Positions 7,078-14,883 of a stretch of DNA of 17,972 bases are shown one piece after another. Within the stretch, counting starts at the first letter, position 1, and every line of letters starts with the position of its first letter. Origin of the DNA: Dubosiella newyorkensis (lineage in GTDB: Bacteria; Bacillota_I; Bacilli_A; Erysipelotrichales; Erysipelotrichaceae); NCBI RefSeq assembly GCF_001945605.1, contig NZ_MPKA01000077.1, forward strand, positions 1-17,972. The letters run 5' to 3'. The notes beneath the pieces are model-generated. The model was not told the origin of the DNA. It did no database searches and saw only the letters and a program-made list of their open reading frames with translations. The translations under genes were made by a program, and so were the position numbers.

Positions 7078-7620
7078 ATGAAAAAAACGAGTATTTTAAT
7101 GAGGATCCTTTTAGCGTTCTTATTTCTCGCTTTAAGTGGCATCATCGTTCTTGCCGCTTATACGCTCTCCGCCGAAGATGGAGCGACAACTTCGAACCGA
7201 AGCGAGGTCGTCACTGAAAATTTAAAACAAGAATTCAAAGACCGCTTGATGACAAGTCCGGAGGGAATCAGCTTATACGAAAGGATCAAAGGCTTAGTGA
7301 TCCGCTTTTCTCCATATGGAAGCAATTGGAATCAAAATGTCCGCAAGCTTGCGCACTTCTCCATCTATTTTGCGTTAGCCGCTATGGTCTATTTGACCCT
7401 TGCTATTTTAGGAATGAAGAAGTTTTCACGCTTGTTTTTAAGTTTATGCATCGCTTTAGCGCTTGCGATCTTTGATGAATGGCATCAAGGATCTGTAGCG
7501 GGACGAGTCATGTCTAAAAAAGATGTTTTGATCGATTTTTTAGGTGCCTGCACATCCACGGGAATTCTTACTGTGATTTCTATGATCAATTCGATGATCA
7601 AAAAAATTATCAATATCTAA
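7078..7620 (+). CDS. VanZ-like family membrane protein
   Basis: 180 aa. It has an N-terminal TM segment, then the RKLAHFSIYFALA...DEWHQ......GR....DVLIDFLGA pattern typical of the VanZ-like family, with multiple TM segments. Confidence 0.75.
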   Translation: MKKTSILMRILLAFLFLALSGIIVLAAYTLSAEDGATTSNRSEVVTENLKQEFKDRLMTSPEGISLYERIKGLVIRFSPYGSNWNQNVRKLAHFSIYFALAAMVYLTLAILGMKKFSRLFLSLCIALALAIFDEWHQGSVAGRVMSKKDVLIDFLGACTSTGILTVISMINSMIKKIINI

Positions 7621-7650
7621 GCGCAAGGGAAGTTCTTTGCGCTTTTTTTT
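7621..7650 (+). terminator. rho-independent terminator after the VanZ-like gene
   Basis: GCGCAAGGG-aagt-TCTTTGCGC hairpin (with G-U pairs) followed by T8. Confidence 0.75.
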
Positions 7651-7752
7651 GAAGCGGAAAAGATCAAGAGTAGCTCTATGCAGATATGTTGTAAAAACAT
7701 GGTAAGATTCAAGAAGAATCAAAAAGGATCATCATTGATTTGGAGGTTTAAA

Positions 7753-8562
7753 ATGAATACATATATTGATCAAATGTTTGGATTGAAAGGAAAAGTCGCG
7801 TTGATCACAGGAGCGACGCATGGTATTGGCTTTGGCATAGCTTGCGCTCTGGCAAAAGCCGGCGCGACGATCTGTTTCAATGGCCGCTATAAAGAAAAAA
7901 ACGAACAAGCTCTTCAAGCTTACGCGAAAGAAGGCATTCAGGCGCATGGTTATGTATGCGATGTAACCAACGAAAGTGAAGTTGCGGACATGATGAAAAA
8001 GATCGAAGCCGAAGTCGGCACGATCGATATTCTTGTCAACAATGCAGGAATCATTCAAAGAAAGCCAATGCTTGAAATGGATGTGGCCGATTTTCGCAAA
8101 GTTGTCGATGTCGATTTAACAGGGCCATTCATCATGGCAAAAGCGGTCTTACCAGCAATGATCGAAAAGAACGCGGGCAAAATCATCAATATTTGCTCTT
8201 TGATGTCTGAATTAGGACGGGAAACTGTAGTGGGATACGCGGCAGCTAAAGGCGGTCTGAAAATGCTGACCCGAAATATTTGCGCGGAATTTGGAGAATA
8301 CAATATCCAATGCAATGGGATCGGACCAGGTTATATCGCGACTAGCCAAACTGCACCATTGCGTGAAAAACAAGCGGATGGCTCGCCAAATCCATTCGAT
8401 GCTTTTATTTTAGCGAAAACGCCTGCCCATCGATGGGGCAAGCCAGAAGATCTAGAAGGACCTGCTGTTTTCCTCGCTTCTAGTGCATCGGATTTTGTGA
8501 ATGGCCAAATTCTATTTGTAGATGGCAGTATTTTGGCAAGTCTAGGCCGGACGCCGCAATAA
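7753..8562 (+). CDS. SDR-family oxidoreductase, gluconate 5-dehydrogenase / KduD / DhuD-like
   Basis: The track ORF starts at 7678, but GGAGG at 7743-7747 supports ATG 7753 (MNTYIDQMFGLKGKVALITGATHGIGFGIA). It has the TGxxxGIG cofactor motif, NNAG, and the catalytic S...YAAAK. Confidence 0.85.
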   Translation: MNTYIDQMFGLKGKVALITGATHGIGFGIACALAKAGATICFNGRYKEKNEQALQAYAKEGIQAHGYVCDVTNESEVADMMKKIEAEVGTIDILVNNAGIIQRKPMLEMDVADFRKVVDVDLTGPFIMAKAVLPAMIEKNAGKIINICSLMSELGRETVVGYAAAKGGLKMLTRNICAEFGEYNIQCNGIGPGYIATSQTAPLREKQADGSPNPFDAFILAKTPAHRWGKPEDLEGPAVFLASSASDFVNGQILFVDGSILASLGRTPQ

Positions 8563-8573
8563 AGGAGATGACT

Positions 8574-9230
8574 ATGAAAATCGCATTGATCATGGAGAAT
8601 TCTCAAGCGCAAAAAAACGCGAGCGTTGAGAATGCCTTAAAAAAAGCGGTGCTGCCTTACGGCTATGAGGTCGTTAATTATGGAATGTTTAACGAAAAAG
8701 ACGACCCGCTCACTTATGTACAAAATGGGATCCTCGCCGCGATCTTGCTTAACTCCAAAACAGCCGATTATGTCGTGACAGGTTGTGGTACTGGGGAAGG
8801 GGCGATGCTAGCCTGCAACGCGTTTCCAGGCGTGTTATGTGGACATATCGAAGATTCTTTGGATGCGTATACGTTTGCTCAGATCAACGATGGAAATGCC
8901 ATTTCTCTTCCGTTTGCGAAAGGTTTTGGCTGGGGAGGCGATCTGAATCTTGAATACATTTTTGAAAAGCTCTTTTGCGAGCCATCTGGTCAAGGGTATC
9001 CAAGAGAAAGAGCGATCCCGGAGCAGGGCAACAAAAAAATCCTCGATGAAGTGAAATCGATCACGTGCCGCGATCTCAAAAAGATCCTGCCAGAGCTCGA
9101 TCCGGAGCTTTTATCTGGTGTGATTGGAAGAAAATCGTTTCAGGAGCTGTTTTTCAGGAATTGCCCAGATCCTGAATATATTCAATTGATCTGCGAATTG
9201 ATCGGTCCTAAAAATAAGGAAGAGGCATGA
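8574..9230 (+). CDS. RpiB/LacA/LacB-family sugar(-phosphate) isomerase, long (~218 aa) DhuI-like form
   Basis: The track ORF starts at 8568. AAGGAG at 8562-8567 favours ATG 8574 (MKIALIMENSQ...). TGCGTGEGAMLACNAFPGV resembles the RpiB/LacAB CGTGIG core. It lies directly downstream of the SDR with an 11-nt gap. Confidence 0.75.
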   Translation: MKIALIMENSQAQKNASVENALKKAVLPYGYEVVNYGMFNEKDDPLTYVQNGILAAILLNSKTADYVVTGCGTGEGAMLACNAFPGVLCGHIEDSLDAYTFAQINDGNAISLPFAKGFGWGGDLNLEYIFEKLFCEPSGQGYPRERAIPEQGNKKILDEVKSITCRDLKKILPELDPELLSGVIGRKSFQELFFRNCPDPEYIQLICELIGPKNKEEA

Positions 9231-9245
9231 TGTCTCTTCCTTTTC
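9216..9245. terminator. bidirectional hairpin terminator between convergent genes
   Basis: AAGGAAGAG-gcatgatgt-CTCTTCCTT is flanked by A-rich sequence on the left and T-rich on the right. The stop codon of the isomerase gene lies in the loop, and the minus-strand aminotransferase gene ends at 9246. Confidence 0.6.
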
Positions 9246-10436
9246 TTAGGATCGATTTGAAGGATTTTCTTCTTGTTTTTGTTCAAGAGAGGCGAGGAAC
9301 GCCTCGATGCGGTCACATCCTTCAATGATATTATCCATCGAACAAGCGTAGGACATCCGCATAAAACCTTCGCCTTTTTCGCCAAAAGCGGTTCCTGGTA
9401 CGCAAGCCACGCGTTGCTCCTCGACGAGTCGATTACAAAATTCTTCGCTTGTTAGGCCCGTTTGCGAAATATTAGGGAAAACATAAAATGTGCCGTGGGG
9501 CATATTTGTTTTTAGTCCCATACGATTTAAACGAGAAACCAAGAGATTTCTTCGATTCATATACTCGTTGCGCATATGGGATACGTCGGAAAGTCCATCG
9601 GTCATCGCTTCTAAAGCGGCATATTGGGCGGGAGTAGGCGCGGACATGATGATATATTGATGGATCTTGGTCATCGCAGCGCTTAAATTCGGATTCGACA
9701 TGACATAACCTAAACGCCACCCTGTCATGGCGAACGCTTTCGAGAAACCGTTGATCACGACGATTTGATCGCGGATGCTTGGAAATTGCGCTAACGAAGC
9801 GAACTCTCCATCAAAGGTAAGTTCAGCATAGATCTCGTCCGATACGACATAGATCCCGCTTTCTTCAATGATCGGGACGAGCTTTTCATAATCTTCGTAT
9901 GTCATGACACCTCCAGTCGGGTTGCTTGGAAAGTTGATCAAGATTGCTTTTGTTTTATCCGTGATCGCGTTTTTCAAAGCTTCGGGAGTAAGCTTAAATT
10001 CACTCTTTTCTTCTAGGGGAATAATGACAGGGATTCCGCCTGCCATTTCGATCGCGGGCGTATAGGCAACATAATTTGGATCCATCGTGATCACTTCATC
10101 GCCTGGATTGATCATGGCCCGCATCGCTAGATCGATCGCTTCCGAACCGCCAACCGTAACCAAGATCTCGTTTTCAGGATTATAGTGCTGATCGTAACGG
10201 ATTCGATGGAATTCTGCGATCAGTTTTCTAAGTTCTAGAAGACCGCGGTTGGCTGTATAATGGGTCTTTCCTTCCGACATGGAATAGACGGCATTTTCAC
10301 AAATATGCCAAGGCGTGTCGAAGTCGGGTTCGCCTACACCAAAGGAGATGACGTTATCCATTGTGCTTGCGAGATCGAAGAACTTCCGGATACCGCTGGG
10401 CTTTAAATTCTCGATCGTTTTCGATAATGGCTTCAT
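9246..10436 (-). CDS. class I/II PLP-dependent aminotransferase (AlaT/YugH- or AspB-like)
   Basis: 396 aa. It has N-terminal SGIRKF...ISFGVGEPDFDTP, the PLP-lysine motif SKAFAMTGWRLGY, and a C-terminal RMSYA. The start overlaps the stop of the upstream Lrp/AsnC gene (TAATG), the same pairing as B. subtilis alaR-alaT (yugG-yugH). Confidence 0.88.
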   Translation of the reverse strand: MKPLSKTIENLKPSGIRKFFDLASTMDNVISFGVGEPDFDTPWHICENAVYSMSEGKTHYTANRGLLELRKLIAEFHRIRYDQHYNPENEILVTVGGSEAIDLAMRAMINPGDEVITMDPNYVAYTPAIEMAGGIPVIIPLEEKSEFKLTPEALKNAITDKTKAILINFPSNPTGGVMTYEDYEKLVPIIEESGIYVVSDEIYAELTFDGEFASLAQFPSIRDQIVVINGFSKAFAMTGWRLGYVMSNPNLSAAMTKIHQYIIMSAPTPAQYAALEAMTDGLSDVSHMRNEYMNRRNLLVSRLNRMGLKTNMPHGTFYVFPNISQTGLTSEEFCNRLVEEQRVACVPGTAFGEKGEGFMRMSYACSMDNIIEGCDRIEAFLASLEQKQEENPSNRS

Positions 10437-10930
10437 TATGGAGTCACCACCAATCGTGTGGATTCGACATCTTCTTCATCTTTCATGACGATTCCATTTT
10501 GCTTATATTGTTTAAGGACGAATAAAGTCTTGGTCGCTCTTACATCTTCTACGCATGCGATCTTGTCGGAGACGAAACGAGCGACTTCGAACATCGTTTT
10601 TCCTTGGACAAGGCAGAGAAAATCACAATCTCCCGATAGTAGATACATCGTATCGATTTCAGGATAATTGGCGATCTTCATCGCCGTCTTGTCGTAGCCT
10701 TTATGTCGTTGTGGCGTACAGTCGACTTCGATAAAAGCCATGACTTTTTCATTTTTTAACGCTTTATTGTAGTTGATCACCGTATGATAACCGCAGATGA
10801 TCTTCTCTTTTTCAAGCTGCTGGATCTCGGACTTGATCAACGCTTCATCTTCGTGAAGGATATCCGCGAGATCCTGCGTCGTTAAGCGAGCGTTGTTTTC
10901 GAGCAGCTCCAATAGAATATTCGTATTCAT
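10436..10930 (-). CDS. Lrp/AsnC-family transcriptional regulator (AlaR/YugG-like)
   Basis: 164 aa. It has an N-terminal winged HTH (LLELLENNARLTTQDLADIL) and a C-terminal RAM-like domain (AFIEVDC....Y........P.I...YLLSGDCDFL). The RBS AAGGAG lies upstream. Confidence 0.88.
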   Translation of the reverse strand: MNTNILLELLENNARLTTQDLADILHEDEALIKSEIQQLEKEKIICGYHTVINYNKALKNEKVMAFIEVDCTPQRHKGYDKTAMKIANYPEIDTMYLLSGDCDFLCLVQGKTMFEVARFVSDKIACVEDVRATKTLFVLKQYKQNGIVMKDEEDVESTRLVVTP

Positions 10931-10965
10931 AATCTCTCCTTATATCATCCGTTAGGGTATATGTA

Positions 10966-10994
10966 ATTTTGACACTTTTTGTAAAGAATGTCAA
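10966..10994 (-). promoter_or_regulatory. putative promoter of the Lrp/AsnC-aminotransferase operon (TTGACA-17nt-CAAAAT on minus strand)
   Basis: The complement of 10989-10994 is TTGACA, followed by a 17-nt spacer, and the complement of 10966-10971 is CAAAAT. It overlaps the 7-bp inverted repeat CTTTTTG-N10-CAAAAAG (10975-10998). Confidence 0.4.
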
Positions 10995-11039
10995 AAAGCA
11001 TTCATATGAGTGTAAGCCTTTACAAATTCGTGCAGTACA

Positions 11040-11068
11040 TTGACTTTTCAGTTGGCTAATTTTATAAT
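11040..11068 (+). promoter_or_regulatory. gap promoter, near-consensus sigma-A (TTGACT-17nt-TATAAT)
   Basis: -35 TTGACT at 11040-11045, exactly 17 nt of spacer, -10 TATAAT at 11063-11068. The RBS AAAGGAGG lies at ~11084-11091. Confidence 0.7.
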
Positions 11069-11101
11069 ATTGATGAAATTTAAAAGGAGGATTTACTGAA
11101 A

Positions 11102-12118
11102 ATGACAGTAAAAGTTGCAATTAACGGTTTTGGACGTATCGGACGCTTGGCATTCCGTCAAATGTTTGACGATCCTAACTATGAAGTAGTAGCGATCAAC
11201 GACTTGACTAGCCCTGATATGTTAGCTCATTTGTTAAAGTACGACTCGACACAAGGTACTTACAAATTGGCTGATAAAGTAGAAGCTGGTGAAGATTCTA
11301 TCACAGTTGATGGAAAGAAGATCACGATCTACAAAGAAGCAGACGCTAGCAAATTGCCTTGGAAAGATCTTGGTGTAGACGTTGTTCTTGAATGTACAGG
11401 TTTCTATACTTCAAAAGCAAAAGCACAAGCTCATATCGATGCAGGTGCTCGTAAAGTCGTTATTTCCGCACCAGCTGGTAACGATCTTCCAACTGTAGTT
11501 TACAATGTTAACGAAAAAATCTTGAAACCATCGGATACAGTAATTTCTGCCGCAAGCTGCACGACAAACTGCTTAGCTCCTATGGCGAAAGCTTTGAACG
11601 ATCTTGCCCCAATCAAAGGTGGAATCATGACTACAGTTCATGCTTACACAGGCGATCAAATGACATTGGATGGACCTCAAAGAAAAGGTGACAAACGTCG
11701 TAGCCGCGCTGCTGCTGTCAACATCGTTCCTAACTCTACAGGTGCTGCTAAAGCCATCGGTTTGGTAATTCCTGAATTGAACGGTAAATTGATCGGATCG
11801 GCACAACGTGTTCCTGTTCCTACAGGTTCTACAACTCTTCTAGTTGCTGAAGTTGAAGGTGAAGTGACAGTGGATCAAGTAAACGCTGCTATGGCTGCTG
11901 CTCAAACTGAATCTTTCGGATATAACACGGAAGAAATCGTATCTAGCGATGTAATCGGTATGAAATACGGTTCATTGTTCGATGCTACACAAACAATGTG
12001 CACACCTACTGGCGATGGAAATACATTAGTTCAAGTTGTTTCTTGGTATGACAACGAAAACTCTTACACTAGCCAAATGGTTCGTACAATTAAATACTTC
12101 TCTGAATTAGGCGACTAA
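11102..12118 (+). CDS. gap: type I glyceraldehyde-3-phosphate dehydrogenase
   Basis: 338 aa. It has N-terminal INGFGRIGR, the active site SCTTNCLAP, and C-terminal WYDNE. Codon usage looks strongly biased towards a highly expressed gene. Confidence 0.96.
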   Translation: MTVKVAINGFGRIGRLAFRQMFDDPNYEVVAINDLTSPDMLAHLLKYDSTQGTYKLADKVEAGEDSITVDGKKITIYKEADASKLPWKDLGVDVVLECTGFYTSKAKAQAHIDAGARKVVISAPAGNDLPTVVYNVNEKILKPSDTVISAASCTTNCLAPMAKALNDLAPIKGGIMTTVHAYTGDQMTLDGPQRKGDKRRSRAAAVNIVPNSTGAAKAIGLVIPELNGKLIGSAQRVPVPTGSTTLLVAEVEGEVTVDQVNAAMAAAQTESFGYNTEEIVSSDVIGMKYGSLFDATQTMCTPTGDGNTLVQVVSWYDNENSYTSQMVRTIKYFSELGD

Positions 12119-12140
12119 TCGTATAGGATAAAGTATGATC

Positions 12141-12169
12141 AAGACACTCTGCATAGAGTGTCTTTTTTT
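12141..12169 (+). terminator. rho-independent terminator after gap
   Basis: AAGACACTCT-gcat-AGAGTGTCTT 10-bp perfect stem followed by a T-run. Confidence 0.85.
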
Positions 12170-12176
12170 ATCGTTC

Positions 12177-12205
12177 TTGAAAATCTGTATCCTTTCGAGT
12201 ATCCT
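12177..12205 (+). promoter_or_regulatory. putative promoter (TTGAAA-17nt-TATCCT) for the small ORF and cysS operon
   Basis: -35 TTGAAA at 12177-12182, 17-nt spacer, -10 TATCCT at 12200-12205. It lies between the gap terminator and the AGGAGG at 12214-12219. Confidence 0.35.
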
Positions 12206-12224
12206 TAAGGAATAGGAGGTTTTT

Positions 12225-12389
12225 ATGCCTGTTAAAGTACGACTCACGAATGAAGAAAAAGACGAGACGACAAAAGATGTCGACGATCTTGATCTTGTCT
12301 ATCTTGAAAAAATGAAAGAAAGCGGCATCGATGAAGAGCTGCTCGATCAATTTAAAGAATTGAGCATTGAGCTAAACCAGCAACGATAA
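12225..12389 (+). CDS. candidate 54-aa acidic small protein / leader ORF upstream of cysS (below the ORF-track cutoff)
   Basis: ATG 12225 is preceded by AGGAGG (12214-12219, 5-nt spacing). It encodes MPVKVRLTNEEKDETTKDVDDLDLVYLEKMKESGIDEELLDQFKELSIELNQQR, with TAA at 12387-12389. It shares a strand with the downstream operon. The track shows only an antisense 60-aa ORF here, which has no RBS. Confidence 0.45.
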   Translation: MPVKVRLTNEEKDETTKDVDDLDLVYLEKMKESGIDEELLDQFKELSIELNQQR

Positions 12390-12394
12390 TCAAC

Positions 12395-12418
12395 GCATAG
12401 GATGACTATGCTTTTTTT
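12395..12418 (+). terminator. weak intrinsic terminator / attenuator hairpin immediately upstream of cysS
   Basis: GCATAG-gatga-CTATGC (6-bp stem) followed by T7 (12412-12418). It starts 5 nt after the small-ORF stop and ends 16 nt before the cysS ATG. Confidence 0.45.
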
Positions 12419-12434
12419 CTAGGAAGGAAATACT

Positions 12435-13772
12435 ATGAAATTATATAACAGCTATACACAAACGATCGAAGAGCTAAAGCCGATCGAAGAAGGGAAAGTG
12501 TCGATGTATGTTTGCGGACCAACCGTATACAACTATCCGCATATAGGTAATGTTCGGCCGATCATCGTCTTCGATACGTTAAAAAAGACGCTTGAGGCCC
12601 AAGGGATGGACGTTCTCTACGCTTCCAATTATACAGATGTCGATGATAAGATCATCAATACGGCAATCGAAAAAGGCGTCAGCGAGCAAGAAATCACGAC
12701 TCAGTTTATCGAAGCGTATGATCAAACACGCGCTGATCTGAATGCCGATCAACCTGATGTCGCTCCAAAAGTCACCGAAACGATGGATGCGATCATTCGA
12801 TTTATCGATCAGCTTATTCAAAAAGGTGCCGCTTACCAAGTCGATGGCGATGTATATTATCGTGTCGATTCCAACAGCCTCTATGGCGAGCTATCCCATC
12901 AAAAGGTGGAAGATCTAATGGTAGGCGCCCGCATTGATGAGAATACCAAAAAAGAAAATCCGCTTGATTTTACATTATGGAAAGAAACGGATCGTGGTAT
13001 TCAATGGGATTCTCCATGGTCGAAAGGGCGTCCAGGATGGCATACAGAATGTGTGGTTATGATCAATGACGTCTTCCAAAAGCCTCTGATCGATATTCAT
13101 GGTGGTGGACTGGATCTAAAGTTCCCGCATCATGAAAACGAGATCGCTCAATGCGAATCGCTGCATCATACACATCTTGCCAATATATGGGTACATAATG
13201 GCATGATCAATATCGATGGGATCAAAATGTCAAAATCTTTGGGGAATGTTTGGTGGGCCAAGGATCTGATCGCGATGTATGGGGAAAACGTGATTCGCTG
13301 GGTCATGATTTCCGCGCATTATCGGGCTCCACTCAACCTTAACGAAAAGGCGTTTGAAAGTGCTCAAAAAGAATTAGCCAAGATCGAAAACGCGTACCGG
13401 CAAGGACAAGTCAAAGTGCAGATCGCAAATGAGGAAGAAGAACCCAAAGAGCTAGATCAAACGCTTTGGAATCCATTTATCGAAGCGTTGAACGACGATC
13501 TCAACACACCAAACGCGATCACGGCGCTTTTAGAATGTGTCAAGAAGATCAACCAGCTTCAAAGGCAAAAAGAAATCGATGTTAAAGCGCTCAACGACGC
13601 TTTATTCACGCTTGAAAAGATGCTCACTGTATTAGGAATCAAATTACCGACGATCCACTTGAGTCAAGAAGATAAAGAACTATATCGTTCATGGCGAAAC
13701 GCAGTCCAAGAGAAAGATTTTGAACACGCGGATCTATATCGGGCGCGTTTACAAGAGCAAGGGATCCTCTAA
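12435..13772 (+). CDS. cysS: cysteine--tRNA ligase
   Basis: 445 aa. It has the class I HIGH motif (YPHIGNVRP), the KMSKS motif (KMSKSLGN), and the WHTEC zinc/cysteine-binding motif. Confidence 0.96.
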   Translation: MKLYNSYTQTIEELKPIEEGKVSMYVCGPTVYNYPHIGNVRPIIVFDTLKKTLEAQGMDVLYASNYTDVDDKIINTAIEKGVSEQEITTQFIEAYDQTRADLNADQPDVAPKVTETMDAIIRFIDQLIQKGAAYQVDGDVYYRVDSNSLYGELSHQKVEDLMVGARIDENTKKENPLDFTLWKETDRGIQWDSPWSKGRPGWHTECVVMINDVFQKPLIDIHGGGLDLKFPHHENEIAQCESLHHTHLANIWVHNGMINIDGIKMSKSLGNVWWAKDLIAMYGENVIRWVMISAHYRAPLNLNEKAFESAQKELAKIENAYRQGQVKVQIANEEEEPKELDQTLWNPFIEALNDDLNTPNAITALLECVKKINQLQRQKEIDVKALNDALFTLEKMLTVLGIKLPTIHLSQEDKELYRSWRNAVQEKDFEHADLYRARLQEQGIL

Positions 13773-14161
13773 TGGAAATCGTCACCCAAAACGCGACCTC
13801 CTTAGCCTGGATCGGCGATGGTTATATGACACTAGAAATACGAAAACATCTGCTGTCTCTTGGCTACACGAAAGCGGATATCCTTCAAAAGAAGAGCGCC
13901 AAGATCAATAGTGCCAAGGGACAATCCAAGATCTTGGAAGTTTTGGAATCGGAACATTTTTTTAATGAAGACGAAAAGCAGATCTTGCAGCGAGGAAGAA
14001 ACGCGTCGATTCATTCGAAAGCGAAAAACGCGGATGGAAAAACGTATTTACGGTCTACTTCGCTCGAAGCTTTGATTGGTTATTTGTATTTATACGATCA
14101 CCATGAGCGACTGAACGAACTCATGGAAAAGATCATCCAAGAAGGAGATAAGCTATGTTAG
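13772..14161 (+). CDS. mrnC: Mini-ribonuclease 3 (Mini-III)
   Basis: 129 aa. LAWIGDGYMTLEIRKHL is an RNase III-like signature. It has the size and position (directly after cysS, TAATG overlap) of B. subtilis yazC/mrnC. Confidence 0.87.
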   Translation: MEIVTQNATSLAWIGDGYMTLEIRKHLLSLGYTKADILQKKSAKINSAKGQSKILEVLESEHFFNEDEKQILQRGRNASIHSKAKNADGKTYLRSTSLEALIGYLYLYDHHERLNELMEKIIQEGDKLC

Positions 14162-14877
14162 TCTATGGCAAAAATGTATTCAATCAAATCCAAAACGATC
14201 CTTCCTCGATCCAGGAAGTGTTTATTCTACAAAATTTAAAGGATCAGAAGATCCAAAAAGCCGTTCAGGCGCTATCCTGCAAAAAACAAGTCGTTTCTAG
14301 AAAAAAACTCGATGAATTAACGGAGAACGCATCGCATCAAGGAATTGTGGCGAAAGTCAAAGATATACCCACCTATTCTCTTGAAGAACTTTTGAAAAAG
14401 AAAAAAGGGAATAAGCCTGGATTGTATGTCGCATTGGATGGGATCCAAGATCCTCACAATCTTGGTTCGATCTTGCGAAGCGCAGACTGTACAGGCGTGG
14501 ATGGTGTGATCATCACCAAACATAACAGCGTAGGACTTACTCCAGCTGCCATAAAGGCGAGCACAGGGGCTGCTTATACGATTCCTGTCGCAGTCGTGAG
14601 CAACTTGTCGCAAGCATTGAAGAAAATGAAAGAAGAAGGCTATTGGGTCGCTGGTGCGGATATGGATCATGCTCGCGATTATCGGCAAGGCATGTACGAG
14701 GAGCCAACAGTGCTCGTGATCGGTTCGGAAGGCAAGGGGATCTCGCCTCTTGTTAAAAAGCAATGCGATTATATGGTCAAGCTGCCGATGCTTGGCGAGA
14801 TCTCTTCGCTCAACGCTTCCGTCGCTTGCGCGATTCTTCTTTATGAAATCTTGAATAAACGCGAGCCTCTGCAATAA
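14155..14877 (+). CDS. rlmB: 23S rRNA (guanosine-2'-O)-methyltransferase RlmB (SpoU/TrmH family)
   Basis: 240 aa. It has an N-terminal L30e-like substrate-binding domain (YGKN...) and SPOUT motifs (DGIQDPHNLGSILRSA, VIGSEGKGIS, LNASVA). Its position matches B. subtilis yacO. It overlaps the mrnC end by 7 nt. Confidence 0.88.
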   Translation: MLVYGKNVFNQIQNDPSSIQEVFILQNLKDQKIQKAVQALSCKKQVVSRKKLDELTENASHQGIVAKVKDIPTYSLEELLKKKKGNKPGLYVALDGIQDPHNLGSILRSADCTGVDGVIITKHNSVGLTPAAIKASTGAAYTIPVAVVSNLSQALKKMKEEGYWVAGADMDHARDYRQGMYEEPTVLVIGSEGKGISPLVKKQCDYMVKLPMLGEISSLNASVACAILLYEILNKREPLQ

Positions 14878-14883
14878 TGGCCT

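Noticed and set aside
12168-12350. 60-aa minus-strand track ORF between gap and cysS
   Set aside because: It has no RBS, begins inside and runs antisense to the SD-preceded 54-codon plus-strand ORF, and ends inside the gap terminator. The plus-strand reading is more coherent with operon direction.
12170-12434. Expected T-box leader upstream of cysS
   Set aside because: I looked for the conserved T-box element (…GGTGGNACCGCG…), a specifier loop with a UGC/UGU codon and an antiterminator/terminator pair. Only a simple 6-bp hairpin plus T7 is present. An Rfam scan would be needed to be certain.
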